A model generated the notes under the pieces. That model had not been told where the DNA came from. It worked only from the letters and a program-made list of their open reading frames with translations, and ran no database searches. From the NCBI GenBank assembly GCA_938085445.1, contig CALKGR010000003.1, forward strand, positions 64,001 through 128,000: a stretch of DNA of 64,000 bases, given 5' to 3'. Source of the DNA: an uncultured Rubripirellula sp. (GTDB lineage Bacteria > Planctomycetota > Planctomycetia > Pirellulales > Pirellulaceae). A program made the translations under genes and the position numbers. How positions within the stretch are numbered: the first letter of the stretch is position 1; the number at the start of each line of letters is the position of its first letter. Shown piece by piece: positions 41,473 through 51,958 of the stretch.

Positions 41473-41895
41473 TTAGTCTATTGACTGGGTCCACCTTGCG
41501 AAGTGGAGGTGAATCATGTGGGTCAAACGTGGTAATTCTTCGGGATGCTGGATCATTGCTGCGACTGGAAATGGGGTCAGGCACCATTGTTCGCGCAGCG
41601 TCAGCTGATGACAGGCGATGATTTGCAGTGTCTGCGGGTCGCTGGCAGTGGATCGAGCGAGTGAATCGCAATGGGCAGCGAGCGAATCTCGGCGGACTTC
41701 CCGCAGAACAATGGAGGGTTCTGACAGGTTGAGGGTCGCGAGTATTTCGTCTTGCCTTGCTGATGCGACTTTCGGGATGAGGTCTGTTGGAAACATTTCC
41801 GGGCCAAATCTGCGTACAGCCGCGAGCCATCGGCTACCGGTTTCACAGATAATCCATGTTCGAATGACGCCTGGATCAATTAAAGACCAATTCAT
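41473..41895 (-). CDS. Hypothetical protein, possibly receiver-like
   Basis: 140-aa ORF abutting the stop of the upstream regulator (TGA-ATG junction). Confidence 0.5.
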   Translation of the reverse strand: MNWSLIDPGVIRTWIICETGSRWLAAVRRFGPEMFPTDLIPKVASARQDEILATLNLSEPSIVLREVRRDSLAAHCDSLARSTASDPQTLQIIACHQLTLREQWCLTPFPVAAMIQHPEELPRLTHMIHLHFARWTQSID

Positions 41896-43308
41896 TCAAC
41901 GGGACTCTTTGGGTGACGGAGAGTCGGAGGAATGATCATCCAAGCGTCGGATCAAGCGTGCTCTGCTGATACCGAGTCGTCGTGCAGCTTCAGCACGGTT
42001 GCCGTCAGCAGCTTGGAGAGTTTCATTGATCAGTCTCAGTTCATATCGTTGAATCGCATCATCGAGCGATAGTTTTGAATGTTTGGCACGGTTTGGAATG
42101 GAACCGGGCTGGTAGGAACGAATCGCCAAGGGCAAGTGCTCACAGGCAATCACACTTCCCGTAGCAGTTCGGGCCGCATGTCCAATGGCATCTTCCAGTT
42201 CTTTAAAGTTGTGAGGCCACGGGTAAATTACGAGCGCATCGAGAGCGGCTCGACTGATCCTCTCGGCGGGACCTTCGCCGGCAGCGTATCGCGCATCAAG
42301 CATTGCTGTGGCAATCAGTGGTATATCTTCTACTCGTAGCCTCAGTGGTGGGTTAACCATGGTCAGCGAGCTGATCACATCTATCATTTGTGAGCACAGT
42401 CCACGGGCCCGCTCGTCTTCGAATGACAGGTTTTCACTGATCACGTCATCCGTGGGAGCGTTCAGTTCCATCAGTTCCGATCCACAACTTGCGAGCAGCC
42501 TCAGACGGCCTGAGAATGTGTCTAGCAGATCTGCTAACCGCTGTTGCGCTTCGAATGGCATTTCGTCTAATCCACGCACCAGAGCGGTGACATGAGCATC
42601 CTTGTTCTCTGAGAGTTGATGACGCGCGGGCATCAAGGTTGCATCGAGCAGGTCCGAGTCCATCAGTGGTCCATCAACGTTGATGAGATTTTCACTTGGT
42701 GCTGAAAGCTCGTGGATACGCAGCAAGATGGATTCACCACCGGAACCTGGTGGTCCGAACAAGCCAACATCGGTTCGTGTCGATGCCGCCACCTGAATAC
42801 GACGCCTTAGGCGTACAGCTTGCTTTGAGGTACCGGCTGTGATGTTGATTGTGGTTGCAGCATGGCGTTTTCGCCACGAATCGAGCTGTTGTCTTATCGC
42901 AACAGCATCTTTCAGTTCGGGCTCGGGTAGACGATCATCGAAATCACCCGCAATCGCCAAAATGAGGGCCGGACTCTCATTTCCTACCCTGATGAATCGT
43001 ACCTCCCGAGCCTCCGGGCGGTGACGCTCCAAAGCCGGCGGCGAGATTCTCAGGGATGCTGTACCCCGACGCTGCAGTTCAGCTGGAGCCGCTAAGGCGG
43101 CTGCAATGAGATCCAACTTCTCGTTTGAAATTGGCGCACCAGCGACCGAACTGCGGTCCAACAGTAGGCCACTGTCGAATCCGAGCCATTGGCTGCAGTT
43201 TGGAGATAGATAAATCAACTTGCCAGCTGGACTGATTGCCCAGACGGACGCCTTCGATTTATCCAGCAGCCGTGCGAACGGCCGAATCCCGTTTCCAGAA
43301 ACCATCAA
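41896..43308 (-). CDS. Degenerate sigma54-activator-like regulator (PAS-like, AAA+-like, Fis HTH)
   Basis: PPLRLRVEDIP, YPWPHNFKELE and GNRAEAARRLGISRARL. Walker A is degenerate (GPPGSGGE) and no GAFTGA loop is visible. Confidence 0.8.
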   Translation of the reverse strand: MMVSGNGIRPFARLLDKSKASVWAISPAGKLIYLSPNCSQWLGFDSGLLLDRSSVAGAPISNEKLDLIAAALAAPAELQRRGTASLRISPPALERHRPEAREVRFIRVGNESPALILAIAGDFDDRLPEPELKDAVAIRQQLDSWRKRHAATTINITAGTSKQAVRLRRRIQVAASTRTDVGLFGPPGSGGESILLRIHELSAPSENLINVDGPLMDSDLLDATLMPARHQLSENKDAHVTALVRGLDEMPFEAQQRLADLLDTFSGRLRLLASCGSELMELNAPTDDVISENLSFEDERARGLCSQMIDVISSLTMVNPPLRLRVEDIPLIATAMLDARYAAGEGPAERISRAALDALVIYPWPHNFKELEDAIGHAARTATGSVIACEHLPLAIRSYQPGSIPNRAKHSKLSLDDAIQRYELRLINETLQAADGNRAEAARRLGISRARLIRRLDDHSSDSPSPKESR

Positions 43309-43418
43309 TCCCGCCAGCCAACTCGTTTGATGTGATGAAAGGCAAACACCCGACTGGTAATTTCACCAGTGGCAGCAGCTTGAACTCATCAGCCGAGTGT
43401 GATGACGCGCTATCATGT

Positions 43419-43742
43419 CTAAAAGACATCTAAGATGAAATGGTGACCCGAATGGAATCGGCGGTGGCTCGGATAATAGTTGTGCCACTTCTTGTTGTAG
43501 ACGGGAATCCGCATTTCTGGCGGATACCTGTGGTACAGGCTATCACTGCTGCGAAAGTACTCCTGTCCCCAGAAATTCTGGGGATAGTAGACGTACGGAT
43601 AGTGATAAAACCGATTCCAGTCGCGGAAATCGGACTGTCCACCCCAAGCGCGGCCATAGGCCCGCTGGTCAGCCGAAGCATTATCGGACAGAGCGACGTA
43701 ACTGCATGACAGTACGGCGGCGATCAAAAGATGACGAAGCAT
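43419..43742 (-). CDS. Small secreted Tyr/Trp/His/Pro-rich protein
   Basis: GAGGGGG RBS, signal peptide ending NASA, aromatic-rich mature part ending ILDVF. Confidence 0.75.
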   Translation of the reverse strand: MLRHLLIAAVLSCSYVALSDNASADQRAYGRAWGGQSDFRDWNRFYHYPYVYYPQNFWGQEYFRSSDSLYHRYPPEMRIPVYNKKWHNYYPSHRRFHSGHHFILDVF

Positions 43743-44210
43743 CACTGCGTCCCCCCTCGAGACGTACGAATTCGCCACACTGGGGCGAATATCGCGGGAA
43801 TATTTTGGCTAATTCCGGGCAATTGGCTGCTACAAAGAGTTATCAGCTGTCAGGTCCGGCTGTCTTGTCGTGATGATCGAACGTTGCAATGGTGCTAATC
43901 TCAGCCTTGTTTTGGGCGTAAATCGCATGCAAACTCGGTAACACAACCCGACGTACCGTCAGTATCGGCACGTTGGGTAGCATCGGTTGAGTCGTTCAGG
44001 GGAGGATTATGCGGGGAAAACTCTGCGGAAGCGGTGCCCCCGTCCATAGAACGACTTCTCATGAACCATCTTCGCCACCTATGATTATGTGATAGCTCCC
44101 CTGCAATCTGCAGAGGTAGCGGAGTTGATCATTGATTCATAATCGAATGAGACTTGATGCTAAAAGGCAGCGAAAGCCTGCATCCATTCCCTTGCACCTT
44201 GGTAAATCGC

Positions 44211-45665
44211 ATGTTCGTATCGCAATTTTCGATCCGACCTCTCATTGTTGTCTTGTTGCTGGCTGTCGGCAGTTTTTCGGGTTCGATCGCGGAAGCATGT
44301 CCGTTCTGCAACGCTGTGTCACAGACACTGCGGCAGGAAATGGGTTCCATGGATGCCGTTGTCATCGCCACATCGCTTCAAGACGACACGACCCGAAATA
44401 AAGAAACGGGTGAGGTGTTGATGAAAGTTGAGGTTGTGTTGAAGGGGGCTGACCTGATTAAAGTTGGTCAGGAAGTCAAAGCCATTTATTACGGCGAAGT
44501 GAGCATCGGGCGTCGATTCATGCTCTCGGGTGTTGATCCCCCGGACCTGCAATGGTCCTGTTTGCCTGTCAGTAAAAGAGCAGAAAAGTACATCGGAAAC
44601 ATTACGAAATTGCCAGATGATTCGCTCGAGCGATTGCGCTTTTATCATAAGTTTCTGCAAGATGAAGAATCGATGTTGGCACGTGATGCCTACGATGAGT
44701 TTGCAGTTGCTCCTTACGACGCTGTTAAAAAACTTGGTCCCGAAATGGATCGCAAGCAGTTGCTTGAATGGATTGGCGATCCGGAAATGGCCACCGACCG
44801 TAAGCGGTTGTACTTGACCATGCTCGGTGTTTGTGGCGACGAGACAAATTTACCGTTCCTTGAGAAAATGCTCCGGAGCACTCAGAAGAGTACTCGTGGC
44901 GGACTCGATGCTTTGATTGCCTGTTATCTCACGTTGGCTGGCGAAAAGGGTTTGCCTTTGGTCGATGAATTGTTTCTGGCTAACAAGAAGGCACCCTATG
45001 CAGATACCTATGCAGCAATCATGGCGGTACGGTTCCATGGAACCGAGGGCGATGTGCTTCCGCGCAGTGCTTTAGTGGAATCGTTGCATCACGTGCTAGA
45101 TCGCAAAGATCTGGCTGACTTGGTGATCCCCGATCTAGCGCGATGGAGTGATTGGAGCCAGATCGATCGATTGGTGGATTTGTTCGTCAAAGCAGACCCC
45201 GACAATAATTGGGTGCGTGTACCGGTGGTGAACTATCTTCGCGCTTGCCCACTGCCTGCAGCCAAGGAGGCATTGAAGAAGCTGGAAGCCATTGACCCGG
45301 AGAGTGTCCGCCGTGCCAATACGTTCTTCTCAATTCCGGTCCCCAGCCGCGAAGCTGGTAAATCAGATTCCAGTTCATCGGTGGATCAAGGTCCTGCGGG
45401 CAAGTTTTCTGGACGTGACGCGCATTCTGATCGTGAAGAGACTGAACTCGGATTGGATAAAAGGTCCGTTTTTGCAAAACCAGGGCAGGCCACTGCAGCA
45501 CTGTCAACAGCAGCACTGGGCTCTACTGCACTCACTCCGAACCCTGTTTTGAAAAACGGAATGAACTCTTGGCGGTTGGGATACGTACTGAGTCTCGCCG
45601 TGGCGACCATCATGATCGTGCAGTTCTTACTGCTTTCCGGGGGGGCACAGCCCGCCAAAGGATAG
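44211..45665 (+). CDS. Secreted/membrane-anchored protein with N-terminal CPFC motif and helical-repeat region
   Basis: Signal peptide ending AEA followed by CPFC; C-terminal TM helix. Confidence 0.75.
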   Translation: MFVSQFSIRPLIVVLLLAVGSFSGSIAEACPFCNAVSQTLRQEMGSMDAVVIATSLQDDTTRNKETGEVLMKVEVVLKGADLIKVGQEVKAIYYGEVSIGRRFMLSGVDPPDLQWSCLPVSKRAEKYIGNITKLPDDSLERLRFYHKFLQDEESMLARDAYDEFAVAPYDAVKKLGPEMDRKQLLEWIGDPEMATDRKRLYLTMLGVCGDETNLPFLEKMLRSTQKSTRGGLDALIACYLTLAGEKGLPLVDELFLANKKAPYADTYAAIMAVRFHGTEGDVLPRSALVESLHHVLDRKDLADLVIPDLARWSDWSQIDRLVDLFVKADPDNNWVRVPVVNYLRACPLPAAKEALKKLEAIDPESVRRANTFFSIPVPSREAGKSDSSSSVDQGPAGKFSGRDAHSDREETELGLDKRSVFAKPGQATAALSTAALGSTALTPNPVLKNGMNSWRLGYVLSLAVATIMIVQFLLLSGGAQPAKG

Positions 45666-45723
45666 ACCAGGGGTCCTGAAGGAGTCGCCAACATGTCGAA
45701 GATCATCTTGGTGAAATGGAAAA

Positions 45724-46398
45724 ATGTCAGCTGAAATCGAGATAAGCTCCACTTCTAACGAGCAGGAATTTCCTTACCGTGCTTTAAGCACGACAGCGAT
45801 AGCATCGGTCATCTTTGCCGTCGTTTCTTTGTTGGGATTCTTTGTTTGGGCTTTTTTGGGCTTGGCGTTTGTGGGCATGTTCTTGGGTTTCGCGGGATAC
45901 TCGAAGATTAAACGGTTCCCTCAGGAATTTGCGGGTCACTCTCTTGCGTTCACGGGGATCGTCTTGAATCTGCTTGTCATCCTAGGTGGCATCAGTCTGC
46001 ACAGCTACGTTTACTTGACCGAGGTACCAGAGGGCTACACACGCGTTCATTTCTGGGAATTGCAGCAGGCTTCCAACTCACCCGTCGACCAACCGAGCTC
46101 AAAAGCAATTGAGATCAACGGTAATGACATTTTTTTGAAGGGCTACATTCATCCTTCCTCAGGCAGCGGATTGCTGAAACGATTTATCCTTGTTCCTGAT
46201 TTGGGGACTTGTTGCTTCGGAGGACAGCCGAAGAGTAGCGATATGATCGAAGTCAGGTTGTTGAATGGTCAAACGACGAAAGCCGGTTTGACGAAGAAGA
46301 AACTGGCCGGCACCTTCACGCTTAACCGTGGCCCGCAGAAAGTGACTGATTTTGACAACACCGTGTTCTATCAGATGAAAGTCGATCAAATCCGCTGA
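45724..46398 (+). CDS. DUF4190-like membrane domain fused to DUF3299-like domain
   Basis: FPYRALS plus TM helices, then FLKGYIHP...FILVPDLGTCCFGGQP. Confidence 0.7.
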   Translation: MSAEIEISSTSNEQEFPYRALSTTAIASVIFAVVSLLGFFVWAFLGLAFVGMFLGFAGYSKIKRFPQEFAGHSLAFTGIVLNLLVILGGISLHSYVYLTEVPEGYTRVHFWELQQASNSPVDQPSSKAIEINGNDIFLKGYIHPSSGSGLLKRFILVPDLGTCCFGGQPKSSDMIEVRLLNGQTTKAGLTKKKLAGTFTLNRGPQKVTDFDNTVFYQMKVDQIR

Positions 46399-46511
46399 GT
46401 CGGACGGCGTTCATTTTGATGTGTGCGCTGTCTCCTGCCTGTGCGTATACTGGGGGAGTAAAGCGAGGGCGTGGCTTTCGTTGCAGCAACAGGTCCCTTT
46501 CGAGCCAGCAC

Positions 46512-47150
46512 ATGAGACTTTTGCGTTTCGCCTTGATCGTGTACTCCGTTCTTCTGGTTGTGGTTTCACAAGCGGCAAGTCTGCCATTGACAGATCCCCA
46601 GCAAGATCCAAAGACGACCAGTCCGAAAACCAGTGATGCAGGCGAGGTTGCTGCCAAGCCGCAGACTGATGGTGTTGCCCAAGCTACCAGCGAAAACCCT
46701 GTCTCGAAAACCAAGGTTGAAGTGCGCAAGAGTAGTGACTCAGCGCGAGCCAAAGGTGATATCAATTTTGATGATTTGAGCTTCAAGATTGAAAAAGACG
46801 CCAAGTTCAAACCAGCGTTGTTGACGGACGACATCAAGAAGCTCGATGGCGTGAAGGTCAAATTGCGGGGTTACATCCTGCCCAGTACCTTGTTCAAGGA
46901 AACCAACATCGACCAGTTCGTGCTGGTAAGGGATAATCAGGAATGCTGTTTTGGCCCCGGTGCAGCTCTCTTCGATTGTGTGATCGTTGAAATGGTACCG
47001 GGTAACACAACGGACTTTGTGACACGACCAGTCACCGTCGAAGGCAAATTCAAGATCGATACTGAAAAGTACAAGTATCCCAATGGAGTTGGTCCACGCG
47101 GCGCAAGCCACTTCGCAATCTTCAAGATTGATGGTGTGAAGGTGAAGTAG
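46512..47150 (+). CDS. DUF3299-like exported protein
   Basis: Signal/anchor, then INFDDL, LDGVKVKLRGYILP and FVLVRDNQECCFG. Confidence 0.75.
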   Translation: MRLLRFALIVYSVLLVVVSQAASLPLTDPQQDPKTTSPKTSDAGEVAAKPQTDGVAQATSENPVSKTKVEVRKSSDSARAKGDINFDDLSFKIEKDAKFKPALLTDDIKKLDGVKVKLRGYILPSTLFKETNIDQFVLVRDNQECCFGPGAALFDCVIVEMVPGNTTDFVTRPVTVEGKFKIDTEKYKYPNGVGPRGASHFAIFKIDGVKVK

Positions 47151-47183
47151 ATCGCGGTTTCAAGTTTTTTCAATCGGGTGCCG

Positions 47184-48362
47184 TCATGCACCCGGTGACC
47201 AACCGGGTCTCGGCTGAAGATGAATTTCCGGATCTTCATCACCCTGTAGAGTCTGGATCTGACGTGACACGTCATCGACTTGTTCTGCCGTGGTCAAAGG
47301 CATCAACTTGACTCGAAATGATGCCGTCGCTCCACCATCAAGTTCAACGGTACGACCCTGTTTCTCTTCGAATGAACGAATATTGGGGTAGTTGGTGGCC
47401 GGTTCCAACCCGGTGACATAACCATCGCTTTCAGCGGCTGTATTTTTCCACACAATGAATCTTGGCAAGCCATTTACATTGAAGGTAACCCCTAGGCCTT
47501 TTTCGCCGTCCGCGGATTTGAGCATTGCTGTAGTCGCACTCGATTCATCTGCCCGAAGCCGTGCAAAGTAGACCCGCTCTGCGTAACCTTCTTCAGGCGC
47601 ACCAAATTCGTTCCATGTTTCCATTTCACTGGCTGCGAGCGAGTCTTTGGGTGCAAGCGATTCAATCGGTGCTTCGATCTTTGCACCCTCGCCAAGAATG
47701 GGTGCTCCAACATTGATGTGATATAGCAATTGAATGGACGTTGGTTTTGAGAGTTCATTGGTGACATCGTCCAGAATTGCAACTTCGGCGTTGCCTGCCT
47801 CAAAACGAATTCGGCTGCGTAGTCGGAGTCGTTTGAAGAATAGACGTGATTCCAGAACTTCGCCGATCACTTCGAGTCTTCCCGACGCCTCGTCGTACTC
47901 GATTGCCAGGGAATCTGCGGGCAGATTGCCGATTCGCCCATGGAGCGGGTGAATCAGGTTTCCTTCAGCATCATGTTCAGGGGCACCGTTACTTTCCAGC
48001 CCACATCGGACGAGCAGCTCGTCAAAACCTTCCAGCCAGCCAATTCCACTGGAATCGAATACGGGAACCTGAGAGGGGTGCACAGGGCCAAAAATCGGAG
48101 ATTGCCAACCAAAACGTACTCCGCTGGCCTCCATTCTCCAGATTGACATGCCTCGGGTTGGTAGAATCATGACGCGAATCGCGCCGGTATCGACCTCAAT
48201 CACCTCCACTTGATCAGCTGCTCCCCCGGAAAATCGTCCATGACGCGTGCTGATTTCCCCTTTGCGGGTGTCAATTTGCATTGAAAGCGGAGAATTTTGA
48301 TCCCAGACAATGCTGGGAACTCGGGATCCGAGTGAACGGTGAGTCGCGGATTTGGTCGCCAT
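47184..48362 (-). CDS. Aldose 1-epimerase family (DUF4432) protein
   Basis: ILPTRGMSIW, GWLEGFDELLVRCGL, PLHGRIGN, LLYHIN and YVTGLEPATNYPN. Confidence 0.85.
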   Translation of the reverse strand: MATKSATHRSLGSRVPSIVWDQNSPLSMQIDTRKGEISTRHGRFSGGAADQVEVIEVDTGAIRVMILPTRGMSIWRMEASGVRFGWQSPIFGPVHPSQVPVFDSSGIGWLEGFDELLVRCGLESNGAPEHDAEGNLIHPLHGRIGNLPADSLAIEYDEASGRLEVIGEVLESRLFFKRLRLRSRIRFEAGNAEVAILDDVTNELSKPTSIQLLYHINVGAPILGEGAKIEAPIESLAPKDSLAASEMETWNEFGAPEEGYAERVYFARLRADESSATTAMLKSADGEKGLGVTFNVNGLPRFIVWKNTAAESDGYVTGLEPATNYPNIRSFEEKQGRTVELDGGATASFRVKLMPLTTAEQVDDVSRQIQTLQGDEDPEIHLQPRPGWSPGA

Positions 48363-48575
48363 AAGGTGATTGTGGGACTGGTGGTAACGCTCAATTCGGT
48401 CTTCGGGATAATCCCGAAGGTTATTTTTGCGGAATAGAAAGACACTTTCCTCGCGTTCTTGTACCCGAGGCTGTCAGTCAATAAAACATCTAAGTCGCAA
48501 GCTGGCTACCGAGTAGCCTTGCCGATTGCCGGCTTTTCGAAAAACATCCCCAAATTACTGAGTGAAGTGACCTGC

Positions 48576-48608
48576 CAAATGAGGAACGGCAAATGAGGAA
48601 CGGCAAAT
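48576..48608. repeat. 14-bp direct tandem repeat in divergent intergenic region
   Basis: caaatgaggaacgg x2 followed by caaat. Confidence 0.8.
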
Positions 48609-48978
48609 TAGACGATGTGTACGTTTCAGAACGCCGGCGTAGCCATTTCGATCACTGTTCCACAGCATGGTCTCATGGGTTTACTAGCTCGACAGAGTCT
48701 GGCGATGATTCGGTTTAGTGAAAATACCACCGGCGAACTTTATAACTCTTCTCTTGCTGTGACCCGAGGCTCCAGGTTTGAGAAGCCAGAGGCATCACCT
48801 CTGGTGAGTTCAAGAGACTTTGACCTCGAAACCGCAAGTGATTTTCCATCAGCCGGATGCTAGCCACGTCGCGGATAGTGTGTGACAGGCGACCATCGCT
48901 GTTCTGGAACACGTTAAACTACACGCCTCGGCTCAGATTTTATATTTCCGTTTTCCTTTGAACTATTTGCAGAGCAAC

Positions 48979-50022
48979 ATGTCTGACCAGCACAAAAATT
49001 ATCCAAAGCTTCATAATGCAATGTGGCCAGGCCTCGTTGGAAAGGGAGATGATGAGGGTCAGGAACCGCCCATCAGTCTGGAACGAATGCTTGAGTTGAC
49101 TGCCAATGCAGAAGTTGATGGTCAAAAGTTTGAAGGTGTTGACTACTTTCTGTTTCACCCACATACCGATCCAGATGCCGGTGATGATGAGCTGAAAAGA
49201 ATTGCTGACTTGATCGGGAGCCATGGGCTCAAGGTTGGGTCGTTGGTGGCTCCTGTCTGGCCCGGAACAGTGGGTGATTCAGCAATGGGTGATGATGAGC
49301 AACAGGGAAAGTTTCTCGAAGCCATAGAGAAAGCTTGTCGAATTGCAAAGGTCTTCAATGAGCATGGCATCCGTGATTATGGTGTGATCCGAATCGACTC
49401 GGCAGAATTCGGGGTCGAGAAATGGAAAGAGGATCCTGCTGCCGGTACAGCCAGGATTGTAGACACGTTCACAAAGGCGGCTGACATTGCTGCCGAACAT
49501 GGCGAACGTCTCGCGTGTGAGGGTGAGATCTGTTGGGCCGGCATGCACAGCTGGAAAGACATGCTGGACCTGTTGGAAGCTGTCGGTAAGCCTGAAACTC
49601 TCGGTTTCCAAGCAGATCAGGCACATACCTATCTGTACTTGATGGGATACAACGCGCCGGAGCACGCGCTGTTGCAGGATGGCTATAGCGAAGAAGAATT
49701 TTATGCTGCATATGAGCAGATGACAGACAAGTTGCGACCTTGGACGATCGATTTTCACGTTGCTCAAAATGATGGAACCGTGCACGGTGCAGGTTCGCAC
49801 GACAAGACTGGCAAGCATTGCCAAGCCGACGATCCCAATGGCAAGCTTGATATCACTCGTACCGCTGGCTACTGGCTGAAAGATGCCTCCTCTCGCGGTA
49901 TTCAACACATTTGCTGGGACGGATGCATGTTCCCAAATGAGGTGCTTGAGAATCCAGAGACATGGAACCAGATCCTCAAAGCTATGGTCGATGTCCGTGA
50001 TGCTCATGGCAGCATTGTCTGA
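48979..50022 (+). CDS. Sugar phosphate isomerase/epimerase (xylose-isomerase-like TIM barrel)
   Basis: [46 protein letters not shown] and [11 protein letters not shown]. Confidence 0.8.
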   Translation: MSDQHKNYPKLHNAMWPGLVGKGDDEGQEPPISLERMLELTANAEVDGQKFEGVDYFLFHPHTDPDAGDDELKRIADLIGSHGLKVGSLVAPVWPGTVGDSAMGDDEQQGKFLEAIEKACRIAKVFNEHGIRDYGVIRIDSAEFGVEKWKEDPAAGTARIVDTFTKAADIAAEHGERLACEGEICWAGMHSWKDMLDLLEAVGKPETLGFQADQAHTYLYLMGYNAPEHALLQDGYSEEEFYAAYEQMTDKLRPWTIDFHVAQNDGTVHGAGSHDKTGKHCQADDPNGKLDITRTAGYWLKDASSRGIQHICWDGCMFPNEVLENPETWNQILKAMVDVRDAHGSIV

Positions 50023-50141
50023 TCTCGCTTGGAAACCACTTTCATCTCGCATCAGTCACCGTGTGATGCGATTTCACAACGGATTTGAAGCGCCCATGGG
50101 GCTTCAAGTTTTTTCGCTTTACTCGCTATCTAACAATAAGA

Positions 50142-51281
50142 ATGAAACCACTTAATATTGGACTAATCGGCTATGGTTTTATGGGCCGGACACACAGTAA
50201 TGGCTACAAACGAGTCAATGATTTTTTTCCAGAACTGGGGTATCGTCCAGTTTTGAAAGCCGTGTGCGGACGTAGTGCAGAAAAGGTCCAAGACTTTGCG
50301 AATCAATGGCAGTACGAATCCATTGAAACAGATTGGCGAGCCTTGATCGCCCGTGATGACATTGATGCAGTGGATATTTGTACGCCCAATAACTCACACG
50401 CAGAAATTGCAATTGCCGCTGCCGAAGCGGGTAAGATGATCCTGTGTGAAAAGCCGCTCGCTTTAAATCCTGAAGAAGGAGAAAAGATGATTGCGGCTGT
50501 AGAGAAAGCAGGGGTCAAAAATACGGTTTGGTACAACTATCGACGAGCACCAGCTGTCACCATGGCAAAGCAACTGATCGACGAGGGAAGACTTGGCCGT
50601 ATCTTCCATTATCGTGCCAATTTTCTGCAGGACTGGACCATCTCGGATGACGTGCCACAGGGTGGCGCTGCACTTTGGCGTCTCGATGTCGCTGCAGCTG
50701 GCTCCGGCGTGACAGGCGACTTGCTGGCGCATTGCATCGATACAGCCATCTGGCTCAATGGTTCGATCAAAGATGTCTCGGCCATGACCGAGACCTTTGT
50801 GAAGGAACGCATGCACACTGAAACGGGCAAAATGGAGCCGGTGGGAATTGATGATGCATGTGCGTTCCTGTGCCATTTTGAAAATGGGTCTTTAGGACTC
50901 TTTGAGTCAACTCGCTATGCAAGAGGACACAAAGCGCTCTATACATTTGAAATCAATGGTGAGAATGCTTCGATCCGCTGGGATTTGCACGACCTTCATC
51001 GTCTCGAGTATTTCGATCACAGCGATGAAGGAAAACTCAGAGGTTGGCGATCCATTCATGTGACCGATCATGGTGGAGAGCACCCTTACATGGACAAGTG
51101 GTGGGTGCCTGGACTCCAAATCGGTTATGAACACACCTTCGTGCATCATGTCGCCGACTTTTTGAAAGCTCTCGAAGCGGGAGAAGAAGCGCATCCGAAC
51201 TTCCGTGATGCACAAGAAACGCAGCGGGTTTGCGATGCCGTTCTTAGTAGTGCTGCGGAGCGAAATTGGAAACAGGTTTGA
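50142..51281 (+). CDS. Gfo/Idh/MocA family oxidoreductase
   Basis: [11 protein letters not shown]ossmann motif, CEKPLA and GDLLAHCID. Confidence 0.92.
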   Translation: MKPLNIGLIGYGFMGRTHSNGYKRVNDFFPELGYRPVLKAVCGRSAEKVQDFANQWQYESIETDWRALIARDDIDAVDICTPNNSHAEIAIAAAEAGKMILCEKPLALNPEEGEKMIAAVEKAGVKNTVWYNYRRAPAVTMAKQLIDEGRLGRIFHYRANFLQDWTISDDVPQGGAALWRLDVAAAGSGVTGDLLAHCIDTAIWLNGSIKDVSAMTETFVKERMHTETGKMEPVGIDDACAFLCHFENGSLGLFESTRYARGHKALYTFEINGENASIRWDLHDLHRLEYFDHSDEGKLRGWRSIHVTDHGGEHPYMDKWWVPGLQIGYEHTFVHHVADFLKALEAGEEAHPNFRDAQETQRVCDAVLSSAAERNWKQV

Positions 51282-51312
51282 CCTGGTTTTTCAGAGCTAT
51301 CGAATGAGAGAC

Positions 51313-51341
51313 ACCCCCGTTCTTCGAATGGGGGTTTTTTT
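51313..51341 (+). terminator. Rho-independent terminator
   Basis: acccccgttc-ttc-gaatgggggt stem followed by a T run. Confidence 0.85.
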
Positions 51342-51363
51342 ATGGCGATTGATCCACGGTGTT

Positions 51364-51651
51364 TCATGGATCTTCGGACCTATTCTTGGAACTTCGATTC
51401 AGCAGGTACCGAGTAAAGTCAAACAAACCACTGAAATGATAGCCAGGATCAACATAATGCTGGATCACATAAAACGCGAAGTAATACGACCGGCAACTTG
51501 CCCAAAGACAGATCAGCAATAGGGCGAGAATATCCCATCTCGGTACCTGAATGAGAATCAGTGCCGCCGAAATCAAAGAGATCAACATTAGCAAAAAGCC
51601 TTTGGTATAAATCCACTTTGATGAAGTAAGGTCTTGGGTGAGTCGCACCAT
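51364..51651 (-). CDS. Small membrane protein
   Basis: GGAG RBS, two TM helices and CRSYYFAFYVIQHYVDP. Confidence 0.7.
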   Translation of the reverse strand: MVRLTQDLTSSKWIYTKGFLLMLISLISAALILIQVPRWDILALLLICLWASCRSYYFAFYVIQHYVDPGYHFSGLFDFTRYLLNRSSKNRSEDP

Positions 51652-51958
51652 AGGAGACCGCCTTTGTATTAGATGAAAATCGCAGGAACAAATTCAGTCA
51701 TGAGTCAAAACCAATTACCGATGCCTAAGTAGTAGTATCGCAATAATTGGCGGCAGCGGATCAGCTGCAAGCTGAGGAAGTCGAGAAATAGCGAACAGTG
51801 ATGCGAGAGATCGAAGCCCAGTTTGATAAGGGTAGTGAACAGAAAGACTCGCTCATTCAACACGTCAGCCATTCTGCGAGGCGATTCGAGGAGTCTCATC
51901 CAGTGCTTACCGAAACATCGGGCAGGCTCGCTGATCTTGTGCAACAGATGGGTTGAGA

